Numbered from the stretch's first letter, positions 26,026-35,028 are shown. The stretch is DNA of 49,600 nucleotides from an uncultured Candidatus Saccharibacteria bacterium (GCA_964366435.1 CAYITJ010000003.1:1-49600); one strand, 5' to 3'. Notes: generated by a model not told the origin, from the letters alone. Program-made: numbers and translations.

Positions 26026-27285
26026 ATGAAAAACACAATCCTCCATGTAGATGGGGATGCATTCTTTGCCATGTGCGAGGTCTCCCGCCGTCCTGACCTG
26101 CGCAACAAGCCAGTGGTAGTTGGACGCGAGCGTGGCATTGTGACTGCCGCCACCTACGAAGCGAAGGCACTTGGCATTAGTCGCGCCACCCCAATATTTG
26201 AGGTGCGAAGCCGCTTTCCGCAGGTAACTATCCTGCCGTCTGATTTTGAGCTCTACGCACAGGTATCTAAGCGCATGTACGCGATTGTGCGGCGCTACGC
26301 ACCACTCGTAGAGGAGTACGGGACCGACGAGTGCTTCGCCGATCTTTCATTACTATCAAACCCCATCGAAGACGCACATCGCATTAAAGAGGAACTGCAG
26401 AATGAGCTTAACATTACGTTCTCTCTTGGTATTGGTCCCACCAAAGTTCTCGCAAAGCTTGCCTCCAAACACAAGAAGCCTGATGGCTTTTGGGTAATTA
26501 CGGAAGAGAATAGAAAAGAGTGCCTTCTACAAACACCCGTGCAGTATGTATGGGGACTCGGACCCAAAACTTCTGCGAGATTGCAGGGTATGGGCATTCT
26601 CACCAGCCTACAGTTTACTGAGCTTCCCCGTGCTCGTGTGCAAGATCTCTTCAACGCACCAGTCGTAGACCTGTGGGATGAATTGAATGGAGAGAGTGTT
26701 CTTGCGGTGGATTTTGTAAACGCGAACGATCAAAAGTCTATCCAGCGGACACGCAGTTTTAACCCACCCACCACTGACCCGCGCGTCCTTTTCTCAGAAC
26801 TTTCGCAACACGTGGAGAACGGCTGCCGCAAGGCGCGTCGCTTGGGCACGGTTGCCACCCACGCGTCCTTTTTCTTGAAGACACAGGCATTCCGTTTTCA
26901 TACTGGTGACGTGAAGCTCTCCGCTCCTACCAACAACCCGAGCGACATTCTTCCCCTCCTTCGCACAGAGTTCCTTCGTGTATACAAACCGAGCACTCTC
27001 TACCGGACCACAGGTATTACTCTCTCAGGACTACGGGAACCCGCAAGTCTGCAACAAAACCTTTTCGATAGTACTCATACCCACGAGCACAGCCAAAAGC
27101 TTATGCAAGCCATAGATCACCTAGAGCATAAATTCGGCGAGCACGCAGTATTCTTTGGTACGAGCGCGCGCTCAATTACCGCTGACGCTAACCGTCCCGC
27201 CCCCTCGCGCATGCACGAGGACTCGCTCATCTACACCAGTGAGGGTGCGAAGCGCTTTCCTATTCCCTTTATGGGGTCAGTCTAG
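26026..27285 (+). CDS. dinB: DNA polymerase IV (Y-family)
   Basis: ILHVDGDAFFAMCE, the SRATPIFE context and LGIGPTKVLAKLAS are typical of DinB/UmuC. Confidence 0.93.
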   Translation: MKNTILHVDGDAFFAMCEVSRRPDLRNKPVVVGRERGIVTAATYEAKALGISRATPIFEVRSRFPQVTILPSDFELYAQVSKRMYAIVRRYAPLVEEYGTDECFADLSLLSNPIEDAHRIKEELQNELNITFSLGIGPTKVLAKLASKHKKPDGFWVITEENRKECLLQTPVQYVWGLGPKTSARLQGMGILTSLQFTELPRARVQDLFNAPVVDLWDELNGESVLAVDFVNANDQKSIQRTRSFNPPTTDPRVLFSELSQHVENGCRKARRLGTVATHASFFLKTQAFRFHTGDVKLSAPTNNPSDILPLLRTEFLRVYKPSTLYRTTGITLSGLREPASLQQNLFDSTHTHEHSQKLMQAIDHLEHKFGEHAVFFGTSARSITADANRPAPSRMHEDSLIYTSEGAKRFPIPFMGSV

Positions 27286-27533
27286 TTGGAAAACAGTTTC
27301 TTCTTTTCCTCTCGCGACAATTGCTTAAGTTCGTACTCGCGCTTTGACGCAGCACTCCTGTCGGCGTGTTCTTCGCTATATACCAGCAGTACTGGGCGCT
27401 TCGCGCGCGTGTAGCGCGCCCCCTTATCGGACTCGTTGTGTTCTTTGATTCTCCTATCTATATCAGTGGTAATACCGCTATAGAGGGTTCCGTCTGCGCA
27501 CTCCACCATGTAGACGTGCCAGGTATTCGCCAT
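27282..27533 (-). CDS. GIY-YIG nuclease-family small protein (83 aa)
   Basis: WHVYMVECADGTLYSGITTDIDRRIKEHN carries the GIY-YIG (UPF0213-like) signature. Its stop shares the tetranucleotide CTAG with the dinB stop. Confidence 0.88.
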   Translation of the reverse strand: MANTWHVYMVECADGTLYSGITTDIDRRIKEHNESDKGARYTRAKRPVLLVYSEEHADRSAASKREYELKQLSREEKKKLFSN

Positions 27534-27536
27534 GCG

Positions 27537-29027
27537 CTACTTCTTACCGAGATCGAGAACATTATCGATGCGAATCTGCTCAACGAACTCTGGAACGTGC
27601 GATACCAAGATCATCGCTCCTTCATACTGATCAAGTGCTTTTGCAATGACTGGAAGGTGACGGAAGTTAATGTGGTTGGTTGGCTCGTCGAGGATCAAGA
27701 GTCCTGGGCGCATAAGCACAAGACGAGCAAAAGCTACCAAACCTTTCTGTCCTTCAGAAAGTGAGCCAATCTTCTTACCCATGTGCTCAGCCGTAATGAT
27801 GAAGCTTGCGGCAACTTTGCGCATTTGCTCTTCATCCTGCTTGTCCATGATTGCAAGCAACTCTTCGCGCACCGTGCGCTCAAAATCAAGCGTTGAGAAA
27901 TCTTGGCGGTAATACCCGACACGCACACCCTTTGCAATTTGGGCGCCATCAGCCTCTCCGGACGCAAGACGTTCAAGGAGCGTCGTCTTACCAATGCCGT
28001 TTGGTCCCTTTAACTGCAGGTGCTGCTTCTTCTTAAGTACGATATCTGCCTTGTGCGTCACCGGCACATGCTTCTTTGGGTCAATAGTTGTGTAGGAAGT
28101 AATGGTGAGAAGCTCTCCGACAATCTCCGGCTGCGCGGGAATCACGAATGGGCGAATAGTTTTGTCCTCCTTACGCACATCCACCTTGTTCTCCTCCATC
28201 TCTTCAATTGCGGTACGCATCTTCTTTGCCACCACACGCATCTTTCCTCCCTTTTGTGCAAAGAAGTTCGCCTTATCCTTGTTGTCCTGAATTTGCTTTT
28301 CGAGCTGGGCGTTCTTGCGGTTCTCGCGCTCAATACGCGCTGAAATTTCCTTTAAGAGGTCGTAGTAGTTTCCGACGTACTGCTCAATCTTTCGTGTGTG
28401 CACGTCCAAGTACAAGACACCCTCTGTGAATGAGTTGAGGAACTCCGCGTCGTGGGAAATAACCATCACACTCTTCTCGTACTTCTTGAGGAAGCTAGTG
28501 AGATGCTCAATGCCTGCAGTGTCTAGGTTGTTGGTAGGCTCGTCGAGCAAGAGCAGGTCTGGATCCTGAATGAGGGCGGAGGCGAGCAATAGACGCGCCT
28601 GCTGACCACCGGAGAAGCTCTTAATGATGCGGTCGTGCGGAGCGTGCAGATTTACCACCTCAAGGGCAGCATCAATCTTTGGGTCAATATCGTAGACCTT
28701 CTCTGCAAAACGCTTCTCAAAGAATGCGCGCACGGTGAGTTCGCGCTCGTCCGGCGCTATTACCTGTGCCGCGATAGCAACTGTGGTACCGCGCGGAATA
28801 AGTACGCGTCCGTCCTCTGGCTTTCGCGCTCCGGTGATGAGACTAAAGAGCGTGGACTTACCCGCACCGTTCTGTCCCATCAGTGTCACCTTCATTCCAC
28901 GACGCAGGGAGAAGTTCACCGTGTCTAAGATAGGGTGATTGTGACCGTATCCAAATGACACGTCCTCAAATTTGACCAGGACCTCGCGCGAAGGTCCTCC
29001 TTGTTCTGTATTGGGTTTGCTAGCCAC
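27537..29027 (-). CDS. ABC-F family ATPase (two ABC domains, no TM; GTG start)
   Basis: Walker A GQNGAGKST and GPNGIGKTT, and signatures FSGGQQAR and LSEGQKG, are separated by a charged linker. Confidence 0.92.
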   Translation of the reverse strand: MASKPNTEQGGPSREVLVKFEDVSFGYGHNHPILDTVNFSLRRGMKVTLMGQNGAGKSTLFSLITGARKPEDGRVLIPRGTTVAIAAQVIAPDERELTVRAFFEKRFAEKVYDIDPKIDAALEVVNLHAPHDRIIKSFSGGQQARLLLASALIQDPDLLLLDEPTNNLDTAGIEHLTSFLKKYEKSVMVISHDAEFLNSFTEGVLYLDVHTRKIEQYVGNYYDLLKEISARIERENRKNAQLEKQIQDNKDKANFFAQKGGKMRVVAKKMRTAIEEMEENKVDVRKEDKTIRPFVIPAQPEIVGELLTITSYTTIDPKKHVPVTHKADIVLKKKQHLQLKGPNGIGKTTLLERLASGEADGAQIAKGVRVGYYRQDFSTLDFERTVREELLAIMDKQDEEQMRKVAASFIITAEHMGKKIGSLSEGQKGLVAFARLVLMRPGLLILDEPTNHINFRHLPVIAKALDQYEGAMILVSHVPEFVEQIRIDNVLDLGKK

Positions 29028-29081
29028 GTTTCCTGCACTCTACCACATTTTCCGTGGATTGGTAAGTACTCTAAAAAGCGC

Positions 29082-29106
29082 AGCCCCCGGATAGACTCCA
29101 GGGGCT
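29082..29106 (-). terminator. Terminator of the 62-aa gene
   Basis: AGCCCC.GG pairs with CC.GGGGCT (8 bp with one mismatch). On the minus strand it is followed by GCGCTTTTTAG. Confidence 0.5.
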
Positions 29107-29118
29107 ACTGTGGCAACG

Positions 29119-29307
29119 CTAGGAAGAAGAAACTATCTTCGACTTAGCGCGAAATTCGAGCTTTCCGTCAGCTGTCACGCGCATATGCAGGCCATGACTG
29201 ACTCGTGGACTGCGCGACAGGGGGCGAAGAGGAGCTTTTGGAGCGTCCTCAGACTTCTTGACGACAGCACCGCGATTGCGCCACCGCACAAAGAACGACT
29301 TGAACAT
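29119..29307 (-). CDS. Small basic protein (62 aa), ORFan
   Basis: AAGGAGA lies 5 nt upstream of the ATG, and the gene has its own terminator. The sequence is MFKSFFVRWRNRGAVVKK...LHMRVTADGKLEFRAKSKIVSSS. I recognised no family. Confidence 0.5.
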   Translation of the reverse strand: MFKSFFVRWRNRGAVVKKSEDAPKAPLRPLSRSPRVSHGLHMRVTADGKLEFRAKSKIVSSS

Positions 29308-29359
29308 TTGTATCTCCTTTCAAAACTACTGTATCAATCAGAAGTGAAGTCGACAACGA

Positions 29360-30607
29360 TTACGCGTTCTTGCCAGCCAGGTAGCCCGTCGTCCAGCAGA
29401 GCTGCAAGGAGTAGCCGCCCGATGGGCGTGTGATATCAAGCAGGTCCCCCGTCACGAATAGGTTCTCAATTTTCTTTGACTGCATAGTACGCATATCAAT
29501 TTCGGTGAGTGCTACCCCGCCGTCAGCTACCACGGCACGGCTCATACCCATAAGCCCCGAAATAGTAATCGGGAGACCTTTAAACACATCAATGAGTGCG
29601 CGACGCTCTTCCTTGGTCACTGAGTGCACTTTTGTTTCAGGACTAATGTTCGGAACAAGACTGAGTAGTGTTCCCACGGCAGAGGACGGAATAAGCTGCG
29701 GAAGTGTGTTGCGAAGTAATTTGTTTTTGTTGCTATCAAACAAAGCAACGAGCTCCTTATCCAAGATGCCAATGTCTTTTGTTGGGAACATATCCATGGT
29801 CGCTGTGACCACTCCTTCATACAAAAGATCAGCAACATCCCCAGCAGCGTTTAGAATTGTCGGTCCAGAGATGCCAAAGTGCGTGAGCAGGATGTCGCCA
29901 CGTTTACTAAACTTTCTCGCCCCATCCAAATAGAAAGTAATTTTTGCGTCAGAAAGTGTCGTGCCCTTCAGCGAGTGCAGCCACTTCTCTTTTACGGCCA
30001 GCGGAACAATCGTTGGGGTTGGCGCAGTGACGGTGTGTCCAAGCTCGGCGAGCCAGTCAAAGCCGTCTCCGGTGGAGCCGGTCTCTGGGTGCGAGACGCC
30101 ACCTGTCGCAAAGATGTAGTTGTCTGCAGTAAATTCAAACCCTTGCGCCACAATTGCAGTGATTCTGTTTCCTTCGGTCTTTACGCGCGCAATACTGGTG
30201 TTAGTGCGAATCTCCACACCTCGTTCGCGCAGATACTCCTCCAACGCCTCAACCACCATCACTGCGCGCTGCGAGACAGGGAATGCGCGCTTACGCGCCT
30301 CCACAACAATCGGCACACCAATGCGCTCAAAGAATGCGGTTGCTTCTTGTACACCAAATTCTGCAAACGCCGAATATAGGAACGGTGCAGCTTCGCCGTA
30401 GTTAGCAAGGAGCGCGTGCACATCCTCCTCTGCGTTCAGTATGTTACAGCGTCCGCCGCCAGAAATAGAAAGCTTCTTCCCAAGCTCCGCGTTCTTCTCA
30501 ATCAACAGCACGCGCTTACCCTGCTCTGCTGCAATACCAGCCGCCATCATGCCCGAGGCTCCACCACCCACAACGATGACGTCGTGCGTGTTTCCTGACT
30601 CAGGCAT
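29360..30607 (-). CDS. HI0933/BaiN-like FAD-dependent oxidoreductase
   Basis: The N-terminal dinucleotide fold reads DVIVVGGGASGMMAAGIAAEQGKRVLLIEKN. SGGGRCN and the C-terminal GGYSLQLCWTTGYLAG are typical of the family. Confidence 0.88.
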   Translation of the reverse strand: MPESGNTHDVIVVGGGASGMMAAGIAAEQGKRVLLIEKNAELGKKLSISGGGRCNILNAEEDVHALLANYGEAAPFLYSAFAEFGVQEATAFFERIGVPIVVEARKRAFPVSQRAVMVVEALEEYLRERGVEIRTNTSIARVKTEGNRITAIVAQGFEFTADNYIFATGGVSHPETGSTGDGFDWLAELGHTVTAPTPTIVPLAVKEKWLHSLKGTTLSDAKITFYLDGARKFSKRGDILLTHFGISGPTILNAAGDVADLLYEGVVTATMDMFPTKDIGILDKELVALFDSNKNKLLRNTLPQLIPSSAVGTLLSLVPNISPETKVHSVTKEERRALIDVFKGLPITISGLMGMSRAVVADGGVALTEIDMRTMQSKKIENLFVTGDLLDITRPSGGYSLQLCWTTGYLAGKNA

Positions 30608-31481
30608 GGGAAGGTGTGTGCGCAGCTACGTGCTCAGTACATGCTACCGAACAGAAGGTTCCGTCTTCCTTCTGGCAACTCTCGCAAGCGAGGAAGTGCA
30701 GGTGGCAGTCATTGTTCGCGCAGTTCACGTACTTCTCTGTAGAGTCTCCACAAAGCTTGCAGCGCCCAACGACTTCGCGGTCCCCACCAAAGTCCATGGT
30801 GAGACGCTTATCAAAGGTGTAGAGCGTGCCGAGGAAATCTTTCCCTGGGTACTTTTCCATATAGGTGTGCATGCCGTTCTCAAGCTGATACACATCCTCG
30901 AATCCGTGCTCAAGCAGGAATGCAGACATCTTTTCGCAGCGTACACCGCCCGTGCACACGGTCACCACCTTCTTTGACTTCAGCGGCTCAAGCACCGGCA
31001 TCACCTTTGGCAAATCGCGCGAATTCTCCATACCCGGATTCACCGAATTCTTGAAGTGACCCGACTGATACTCGTAGTCGTTGCGCATATCTACCACGAC
31101 AAAATCTTCACCCTTTTCGTACCATTCGCGAAGTGTCTCTGCAGGGAGGTGCGGAGCCGTGCGTACACGAGGGTCTACATTCTTTGGAAATCGTGTGCCG
31201 ACTATCTCGTCGCGCACTTTTACGTACAGCTTAGTAAAAGACGTTCCGGTGCCTTCACTGCGCTTAATATTCATGTCTGCGAAGCGCGGTTCTTTGACGA
31301 GCTCCAGTGCAAACGCCTCCGTATCAGCGGTGAGACCCTCAAGCGTTCCATTGATTCCCTCCTCTGCTACGAGTACTCGTCCAAGGAGATTATGCTCCTT
31401 GGCAAGCGCCCGCACACTGTCCATGACAGCTTTTGGGTCTTCTATGGTGACGTATTTATAGAAAAGCAGTACTTGATGCAT
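30600..31481 (-). CDS. trhO: Rhodanese-domain protein, UPF0176/TrhO family (tRNA U34 hydroxylase-like)
   Basis: The N-terminus is FYKYVTIEDP, the rhodanese active-site loop is CTGGVRCEK, and the C-terminus is a Cys-rich tail. Confidence 0.85.
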   Translation of the reverse strand: MHQVLLFYKYVTIEDPKAVMDSVRALAKEHNLLGRVLVAEEGINGTLEGLTADTEAFALELVKEPRFADMNIKRSEGTGTSFTKLYVKVRDEIVGTRFPKNVDPRVRTAPHLPAETLREWYEKGEDFVVVDMRNDYEYQSGHFKNSVNPGMENSRDLPKVMPVLEPLKSKKVVTVCTGGVRCEKMSAFLLEHGFEDVYQLENGMHTYMEKYPGKDFLGTLYTFDKRLTMDFGGDREVVGRCKLCGDSTEKYVNCANNDCHLHFLACESCQKEDGTFCSVACTEHVAAHTPSHA

Positions 31482-31494
31482 CGGAGGCAGTCTA

Positions 31495-32094
31495 TCAGTT
31501 TTGCGCGTTTTCGTCAGCAGGGCGCTTCACTTTGCGAAAGCGTGTTGCAAAGAGAATAACGGTCATGGTGCCGTTAGCGAGCAGCATCGCGACCGAGTGT
31601 AGAACCGTGGCGACGTTGTATGAGCTCAAAGATAAGAGTGAGAGGACGTGGCGCACTACGTTGGTGCCGTAGAGAAGCGGCGTCTCGGTCTCTGGATGCA
31701 GGTATGCTTTGCGCAGCGTAGGCACAAACGCGACAAGGTCAATAGAGACAGCAATGACGACAGAAAGTGTTGGGTCCTTAGTGAGGAGCCAAGGAATAAG
31801 ACCTAGCAGGGCGATGATAAGAAATACCGTATCTGTTCGCGTAATGTGCTTAAATCCAAATCGTAAACTGAATACGAGAATGAGTACTGTGAAGGCTTCA
31901 GCAACGGCCGTTGGGAGCGCACCCCAACCCGCACCACTCACTAGCTGCCCAGCGAGCGTTATACCAGAGACGATGCTCCAGACAAACCAGGTATATGCGT
32001 GTGGCTCAATCTTTCGGCGCAACAAGTCGCGCAGGTAGGGAGCATGCCCAATAATCACCAACAGTGCCGCAAGTATTGCAAAGGTCTCCTTCAT
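31495..32094 (-). CDS. Polytopic (about 7-TM) membrane protein of unknown function
   Basis: Hydrophobic helices occur throughout. It overlaps the upstream gene by 4 nt. Confidence 0.75.
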   Translation of the reverse strand: MKETFAILAALLVIIGHAPYLRDLLRRKIEPHAYTWFVWSIVSGITLAGQLVSGAGWGALPTAVAEAFTVLILVFSLRFGFKHITRTDTVFLIIALLGLIPWLLTKDPTLSVVIAVSIDLVAFVPTLRKAYLHPETETPLLYGTNVVRHVLSLLSLSSYNVATVLHSVAMLLANGTMTVILFATRFRKVKRPADENAQN

Positions 32095-32639
32095 ATACTT
32101 GTCTGCTGCCCAAAGGGAAATTCACCGATTTGCTTCCACACATCGGTCGCGCCTGGCGTGTGCCACAACGTAAGTGAGGAAACCTCAAACGAGACTGTGG
32201 ACAAAGGCTGTAGAGAGGCAATACTCTCTTGCTTACGCTCAGTATCGTAGAGCCCGTAAAGTAAACTCACGTGTGGCAAGTACGTTCCTTCGTCTGCTCC
32301 ACCAAATATGTCTCGCGCTGCACCATGGTAGTTTTCAACTTCTGCGCCATTCTGGACCTTCATATACAGTGCACGAAAGTACCTGTCCTCTACACCAAAT
32401 CCATTCAACGTGAGTGTGAATGGTAGAAGTCTATCTGCCAACAACCGCGCCTTCTGCATGAGCAATTCTTCGCTCTCCTCGGGAATCGTGGCCAGAAGCG
32501 TCAAATGCGGAGCAAAGATTGGCCCACCGTACTCGGCAGCAAGACCGCCAATCGTCTTTGCAAGTACTTCAGAGGCCACTCCCGTTGCTTCAAAGAACAG
32601 GTGGTACCCCTCTGTCTTGTCGCTTCGTGGATCGAACAT
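32091..32639 (-). CDS. 2H phosphoesterase / LigT-like (2'-5' RNA ligase superfamily)
   Basis: Two H-x-T/S-x motifs are present (PHLTLL and PHVSLL). I chose the ATG at 32639, 1 nt after the pip stop; the track start at 32678 would overlap pip. Confidence 0.8.
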   Translation of the reverse strand: MFDPRSDKTEGYHLFFEATGVASEVLAKTIGGLAAEYGGPIFAPHLTLLATIPEESEELLMQKARLLADRLLPFTLTLNGFGVEDRYFRALYMKVQNGAEVENYHGAARDIFGGADEGTYLPHVSLLYGLYDTERKQESIASLQPLSTVSFEVSSLTLWHTPGATDVWKQIGEFPFGQQTSI

Positions 32640-32640
32640 A

Positions 32641-33588
32641 TTACGTAAGGAAGAGCTGGGTTGTGGTACGCAGCGCAACGTTCATTTCTGGGTCGCTGCT
32701 GGAGTGGCCAGAATTCACATAGATAAGCGTGAGCGCATCACCATACGCGCGGTCTAGCTCGTATGCGGTGGACGCTGGAGTACACATATCAAAACGGCCA
32801 TGAACAAGCGTGCATGGTATGTGGGAGATAGAGGAAATAGAATCTAGAATGTAGTTCTCTGGAACAAAGCAGCTATTCAAGAAATAGTGCGTTTCAATCT
32901 TTGCAACTGCAGTATTGTCTCTGTCGTCAAGTACGGACTTCTCCTTCAGTGCCTTGTTGTAGTTAACTGACAACAGCGAGCTCTCCCACAGAGCCCATTC
33001 GTTCGCGTAGGTGCGTGCTCTTGCTTCTTCTGCACCATGTATGGCGTCTGCGTAATATTGCATAATGCTCTGCCCGCTTCCACGATGCTCCGGCGGTACG
33101 AGTCCAATGAACCGCTCCCACGCCTCAGGAAAGAAACTTCCAAGTCGTCCATCGTTCACAAAGTCAACTTCTGACTGTCGTCCAAGGAACAAACTCCACA
33201 GCATGATTTTCTGTACTCGCTCAGGGTGCGCGAGTGCATAGAGAAGTGCAAGAGTGGAGCCCCACGAACCACCGGAAACGTAGAGGGACTCAATACCCAA
33301 GTGCTCCCGCAAACGCTCAATATCAGCAATGAGGTGCTGGCTCGTGTTCGCTTCTATACATGCATACGGTGTACTGCGTCCTGCTCCGCGCTGGTCGTGG
33401 AAAATGACGCGATGCTTCTTTGGATTGTAGATGAGCTTTATTTGCTCTCCGCCCCCACTGCCAGGGCCGCCGTGCAGGTGGAATATTGGTGTCGCGTCTG
33501 GATTGCCCCAGTCCTCGTAATACAGTTCATGACCATCACCAACCGAAAGCATGCCACTCGTCTGAACATTCGGAGAAAGTGTTTCCAT
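32641..33588 (-). CDS. pip: Proline iminopeptidase (alpha/beta hydrolase)
   Basis: HGGPG oxyanion motif, nucleophile elbow GGSWGS, and C-terminal SGHSS. Confidence 0.9.
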   Translation of the reverse strand: METLSPNVQTSGMLSVGDGHELYYEDWGNPDATPIFHLHGGPGSGGGEQIKLIYNPKKHRVIFHDQRGAGRSTPYACIEANTSQHLIADIERLREHLGIESLYVSGGSWGSTLALLYALAHPERVQKIMLWSLFLGRQSEVDFVNDGRLGSFFPEAWERFIGLVPPEHRGSGQSIMQYYADAIHGAEEARARTYANEWALWESSLLSVNYNKALKEKSVLDDRDNTAVAKIETHYFLNSCFVPENYILDSISSISHIPCTLVHGRFDMCTPASTAYELDRAYGDALTLIYVNSGHSSSDPEMNVALRTTTQLFLT

Positions 33589-33594
33589 ATGGAT

Positions 33595-34047
33595 TTAGTG
33601 TACGGCGCGCGCACGCTCGCGCAAGCGGATACTTACAAGCACGATGCTTGCGCACCACAATAGTACTGCTGCTACAAAGAGCCCGCCGCCGTCTTGATTT
33701 GGGTCTATACCAAGTGGTGTGAAGAGGTGGAAGAAAAGCGCACCCGACATAATTACAAACGCAATGCCACTTCCAATAAGTGAAAGATTCCTGAGAGCTG
33801 GCAGAAGCCCCAGTAGCACAAGTACCGCCGCAATAAGTTCCACTGAGCCAATTGCATATGGGCCGAATACGCCGGCGTGAGAGAACACTCCCGAGAAGCC
33901 GAGTGTTCCAGCCCAGGAATCTAGAATGCCGAATATATTCTCGGTGTTTGGGTGGTTCGTAAATTTGTAGCGCAGCGAATCCAGAAATATGGCTGCAATA
34001 TAGAGCGACAAGACAACTGGCACCCCTGTGGCGAATAGTTTCCTCAT
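33595..34047 (-). CDS. DoxX-family membrane protein
   Basis: A 4-TM protein of about 150 aa. The pattern FLDSLRYKF...GSVELIAAVLVLLG resembles DoxX. Confidence 0.8.
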   Translation of the reverse strand: MRKLFATGVPVVLSLYIAAIFLDSLRYKFTNHPNTENIFGILDSWAGTLGFSGVFSHAGVFGPYAIGSVELIAAVLVLLGLLPALRNLSLIGSGIAFVIMSGALFFHLFTPLGIDPNQDGGGLFVAAVLLWCASIVLVSIRLRERARAVH

Positions 34048-34055
34048 ACTGAGAC

Positions 34056-34061
34056 AGTATA
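34056..34061 (-). promoter_or_regulatory. -10-like TATACT, 8 nt upstream of the doxX ATG
   Basis: The reverse complement of AGTATA is TATACT. No SD is present. This is the first gene of a tightly packed six-gene string. Confidence 0.45.
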
Positions 34062-34124
34062 CCTTCTGTACCCCGCCCTTGTTGTGTGATAGGTTGTGCT
34101 CGGATCAGCAAGGGAGGCGCGATC

Positions 34125-34424
34125 GTGCCAAAGAAGGAATTAGGCACTGTTGTGCCAAGCTCTGAGATGCCCGCATACGAAGCGCGCATCATGACAACCA
34201 CCGAGGGCCGCCAAAGTTTACCCGACGTGCTTCAGAAAATGTACGGCGATAAAGGCATCGTGGCCTTTGACCGCTACGGACGTGTAATTGGAGTTGCGGT
34301 TCCACTTGAAGCGGTCCGCATGCTCGCCGGCGTCTTTGTGGACGAAGCGGTCCAAATCCGCGTCCGAAACACAGCTAGCAATCTTCTCGATCACCTCAAT
34401 CAGCAGCAAGAGGGTGCCGAATAG
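34125..34424 (+). CDS. Phd/YefM-like antitoxin-fold protein (99 aa, GTG start)
   Basis: AGGGAGG lies 5 nt upstream of the GTG at 34125. The core TEGRQSLPDVLQKMYGDKGIVAFDRYGRVIGVAVPLEAVRML follows the Phd/YefM pattern. In-frame ATG starts further downstream are possible. Confidence 0.6.
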   Translation: MPKKELGTVVPSSEMPAYEARIMTTTEGRQSLPDVLQKMYGDKGIVAFDRYGRVIGVAVPLEAVRMLAGVFVDEAVQIRVRNTASNLLDHLNQQQEGAE

Positions 34425-34658
34425 ATGCAAACGCTGACGCTGTCCAGGACGGTAATCGTGTACAAACGATTCCCAGGATGTGATCTATTCCCCACTTCGG
34501 TCCGGTTGCCTCGTGGCTCAGACGTGGTGCTGGGCAACTCTTTCCTGGCTAAGGTGAACGACCGTGTGGAGAGAGTTTTTCCTCTATGCGAACGACCCGG
34601 CCCAGACAAGGAGTACGTGCTGTTCAAGGACCTCGAGGAGCCCGACCTCGTTGAATAA
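34425..34658 (+). CDS. Hypothetical 77-aa protein abutting the antitoxin-like gene
   Basis: Its ATG immediately follows the TAG of the upstream gene (0-nt gap). It shows no resemblance to RelE, ParE, Doc, MazF or PIN that I can see. Confidence 0.55.
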   Translation: MQTLTLSRTVIVYKRFPGCDLFPTSVRLPRGSDVVLGNSFLAKVNDRVERVFPLCERPGPDKEYVLFKDLEEPDLVE

Positions 34659-34662
34659 TCAG

Positions 34663-34698
34663 CCCACCGGCTGCGGATTGCCCGCCCTGGTGGGTTTT
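34663..34698 (+). terminator. Intrinsic terminator
   Basis: CCCACCGG pairs with CCTGGTGGG as the outer stem, with an inner GCGG/CCGC stem, followed by TTTT. Confidence 0.7.
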
Positions 34699-34760
34699 CT
34701 GCATATGAGAGATTGACTATTTCCTGGATGGGAGCAAAGTACTCCCAGGAGGAAACGCAC

Positions 34761-34922
34761 ATGCCTGAGACTGCAACCAAAGTGGCCTGCGACAAGCCGG
34801 TCACCACCACGCATCGCCGGATGGTCTGCACGGTGATTGACCCTGAAACTGGCTCCAAGTTCAGTCGGAGTGTCTGCTCGATTTGCGAAAGGTGGCTCGG
34901 GGACCTGCCGCTCAAGAACTGA
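34761..34922 (+). CDS. Four-Cys miniprotein (53 aa), putative zinc ribbon
   Basis: AGGAGG lies 8 nt upstream of the ATG at 34761. Cys residues are at positions 10, 23, 39 and 42 (CSIC). The gene has its own terminator. Confidence 0.5.
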   Translation: MPETATKVACDKPVTTTHRRMVCTVIDPETGSKFSRSVCSICERWLGDLPLKN

Positions 34923-34931
34923 CCTGTATGT

Positions 34932-34974
34932 ACCGCTTACGGGAGATTGCTTCCCGTAAGCGGTCTTCTGTTTC
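34932..34974 (+). terminator. Perfect 13-bp intrinsic terminator
   Basis: ACCGCTTACGGGA, loop GATTGCT, TCCCGTAAGCGGT, followed by CTTCTGTTT. Confidence 0.8.
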
Positions 34975-35028
34975 AGTCTTAAGAACAAGTACGCGCCCCA
35001 CGACCAACGGTCCAGCCGCGCAAAAACT

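Noticed and set aside
25902-26153. 83-aa minus-strand ORF across the lexA-dinB spacer
   Set aside because: It overlaps the dinB 5' end on the antisense strand, and its reading frame is created by the GC-rich inverted repeats. An RNA or DNA structure is the better explanation.
27282-27285. Convergent genes sharing stop-codon nucleotides: dinB and the GIY-YIG gene share CTAG, and rel and parB overlap at 48198-48201
   Set aside because: This is real, but it is a common consequence of compact genomes. No additional structure or signal is associated with it.
33536-34201. 221-aa minus-strand ORF spanning doxX and the island edge
   Set aside because: It is out of frame with the convincing DoxX frame. 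Its translation is Arg/Cys-rich nonsense and it has no start signals.
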